7,762 nucleotides of DNA, taken from Octopus sinensis (Eukaryota). Position 1 is the first letter of the stretch. Each line of letters starts with the position of its first letter. Under the pieces are notes generated by a model. That model did not search any database. It saw only the letters and a program-made list of their open reading frames with translations, and was not told the origin of the DNA. Below are positions 6,526 to 7,762 of the stretch, in pieces. The stretch spans positions 1 through 7,762 of the forward strand of contig NW_021828754.1 of assembly GCF_006345805.1 (NCBI RefSeq), written 5' to 3'. The position numbers and the translations under genes were made by a program.

Positions 6526-6549
6526 TAACTAACTAACTAACTAACTAAC
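6526..6549 (+). repeat. (TAAC)6 LINE 3' tail
   Basis: Six exact units directly after the LINE 3' UTR. Confidence 0.92.
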
Positions 6550-6614
6550 ATACACACACACATAGCATATATACAGTAAAATGTGGCATAAGCCAACAGA
6601 GAAGGAGCATATGC

Positions 6615-6777
6615 GAGTCTGTCGCAGGATTACTCATTTCTGTCAGATAAGTGGAATGGAGCAACGTGAAATGAAGTTTTTTGCTCAGGAACACAATTCA
6701 TCTCCCAGTTCAGGAATCGAAACCACAGTCTTACGATCGCGAGCGGAACGCCCTAATCACTAAACTACGCTCCTCTA
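6615..6777 (-). mobile_element. tRNA-derived SINE, second family (head + central conserved domain), apparently lacking its 3' end
   Basis: Minus strand: A-box-like TAGTTTAGTGA, B-box-like GGTTTCGATTCC, then TGTGTTCCTGAGCAAAAAACTTCATTTCACGTTGCTCC (CORE/Meta/V-like central domain) and AATCCTGCGACAGACT. Left boundary approximate. Confidence 0.8.
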
Positions 6778-7255
6778 CATCATAACTCTGGGCGAGGTTA
6801 AACGGCTTGTGACTTCTCATCGGACGCTGCTGGATGACTTTGATCTACTTCCTCTAACATTGTTTCTAAGCTCAATACGTCCATAAAAGACATTATGGAT
6901 GAAACAGATGCATAAAAATAAAAAATAAATCCATGATAATTAAAGCTCAAACAATAACAGCTCATTCGATTCCAACACGCCATTATACATTGCAGTAAAT
7001 CCAAGTGGGGGAAGACTTGCATGTACAAACACATAATCAGCTAAAAATATCATTAAGCGCAATATAATTAAAATAAAAGTAGAAAGCATAAATTTCACAT
7101 ACAGTTCATACACTGTGTTCAACAGCTGTTTCATTAAGAATATTAAATGTATAATTACATAAGTGTGACACGTAATTAATTAATATGAAAACAATTTAAA
7201 TGAAATATATTTAAAAGCTGTGTTTTCCCCAAATCATTAGGAAAATTCTGCGTTT

Positions 7256-7328
7256 CATATATATATATATTTATAAGGATAAGATCGTTATTTAAATACC
7301 GATCATATATATATATATATATATTATA
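7256..7328. repeat. Two (TA)n blocks separated by a short spacer containing a 22 nt quasi-palindrome
   Basis: Read directly from the sequence. Confidence 0.85.
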
Positions 7329-7335
7329 TTGTAAT

Positions 7336-7762
7336 CCTTTGCCTTTTACTTGTTTCGATCATTGGACTGTGACCATGCTGGAGTACCGCCTCGAAGAATT
7401 TAGTCTCATCGACGCCAGCGCTTAATATTTTAATGTCTGGTATTCATTCTTTGCTGAACCGCTAGGATATTGGGACACATACAAATCAACACCGGGTGTC
7501 AAGCGATGAGGGAGGACATCACCCACATGCCACACCACTCACACATACATACATACATACATACATAACATACATACATCCAACATACATACAAACCTAC
7601 ATACATACACACATACATACATACATACATACATACACACACGGTGGGTTTCCAGGCAGGTTCTGCCAACCAATTCACTCACAAAGCCATTGGGCCATTG
7701 GTCGACCCAAGGCTATAGAAGAAGACCTTGCCTAAGGTACCGTTCAGTGGGACAACCCGAAA
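7336..7762 (-). mobile_element. SINE copy C (same family as copy A), internal (CATA)n, head runs off the window end
   Basis: TCATTGGACTGTGACCATGCTGGAGTACCGC resembles 2161-2190; GCTGAACCGCTAGG..GTGTCAAGCGAT resembles 2262-2316; CACTCACAAAGC..GGCTATAGAAGAAGACCTTGCCTAAGGT resembles 2500-2554. Confidence 0.87.

Larger units (their letters stand above)
5024..6549 (+). mobile_element. 5'-truncated CR1-type non-LTR retrotransposon (~1.5 kb) with short 3' UTR and (TAAC)6 tail
   Basis: Homology starts at GPDGIHPRVIKAL (5025). RT motifs, CR1-like C-terminus, stop at 6459-6461, 64 nt UTR, tail at 6526-6549. About 50% GC in sampled lines versus AT-rich flanks. Candidate 13 bp TSD CACACACACACAC (5011-5023) / CATACACACACAC (6549-6561). 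Confidence 0.93.

Noticed and set aside
6526-6549. (TAAC)n, i.e. (TTAG)n on the other strand, as a telomere-like repeat
   Set aside because: It sits exactly at the LINE 3' end, has only six units, and differs from the TTAGGG repeat typical of molluscs.
6700-6777. Possible tRNA gene on the minus strand
   Set aside because: A and B boxes are imperfect, I cannot build an acceptor stem, and the sequence continues into a SINE central domain, so it is a SINE head.
7115-7140. GAAACAGCTGTT on the minus strand (and GAAACAGCT near 4946) as further hammerhead halves
   Set aside because: No CTGANGA or stem II upstream; short motifs like this can occur by chance.
6581-7735. ORFs 6581-6763, 6798-7034, 6940-7134 and 7496-7735
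   Set aside because: Short, motif-free, and overlapping SINE, AT-rich or (CATA)n sequence.
1-7762. CRISPR array, prokaryotic genes or retron-like system around the RT
   Set aside because: No regularly spaced repeat-spacer units or operon structure; the RT has non-LTR retrotransposon motifs and a LINE tail in a eukaryotic repeat context.

Overview
Eukaryotic, repeat-dominated window with no recognisable host gene. The dense microsatellites and SINE types resemble octopus/cephalopod DNA; this host call is an inference from recalled repeat families, not a database result. Left to right: a decayed 3' end of a LINE ORF2 (39-527); a TA-flanked island with a degenerate hammerhead-ribozyme-like motif (1003-1290); a ~420 bp fold-back palindrome with ~200 bp arms and a 14 nt loop overlapping a hammerhead-like half-motif (1391-1809); and three minus-strand copies of one tRNA/CORE-like SINE family with an internal microsatellite (2139-2600, ~2755-3460, 7336-end). 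The middle SINE copy appears split by a ~350 bp non-autonomous Helitron-like element (2875-3226). A young, GC-rich, 5'-truncated CR1-type LINE (5024-6549) has a near-intact RT region, a 3' stem-loop, a (TAAC)6 tail and a possible TSD in a CA repeat. A second tRNA-derived SINE family lies at ~6615-6777. Most ORFs in the track are microsatellite or antisense artefacts. The fold-back/hammerhead region is the most unusual part, but it needs read-level validation.
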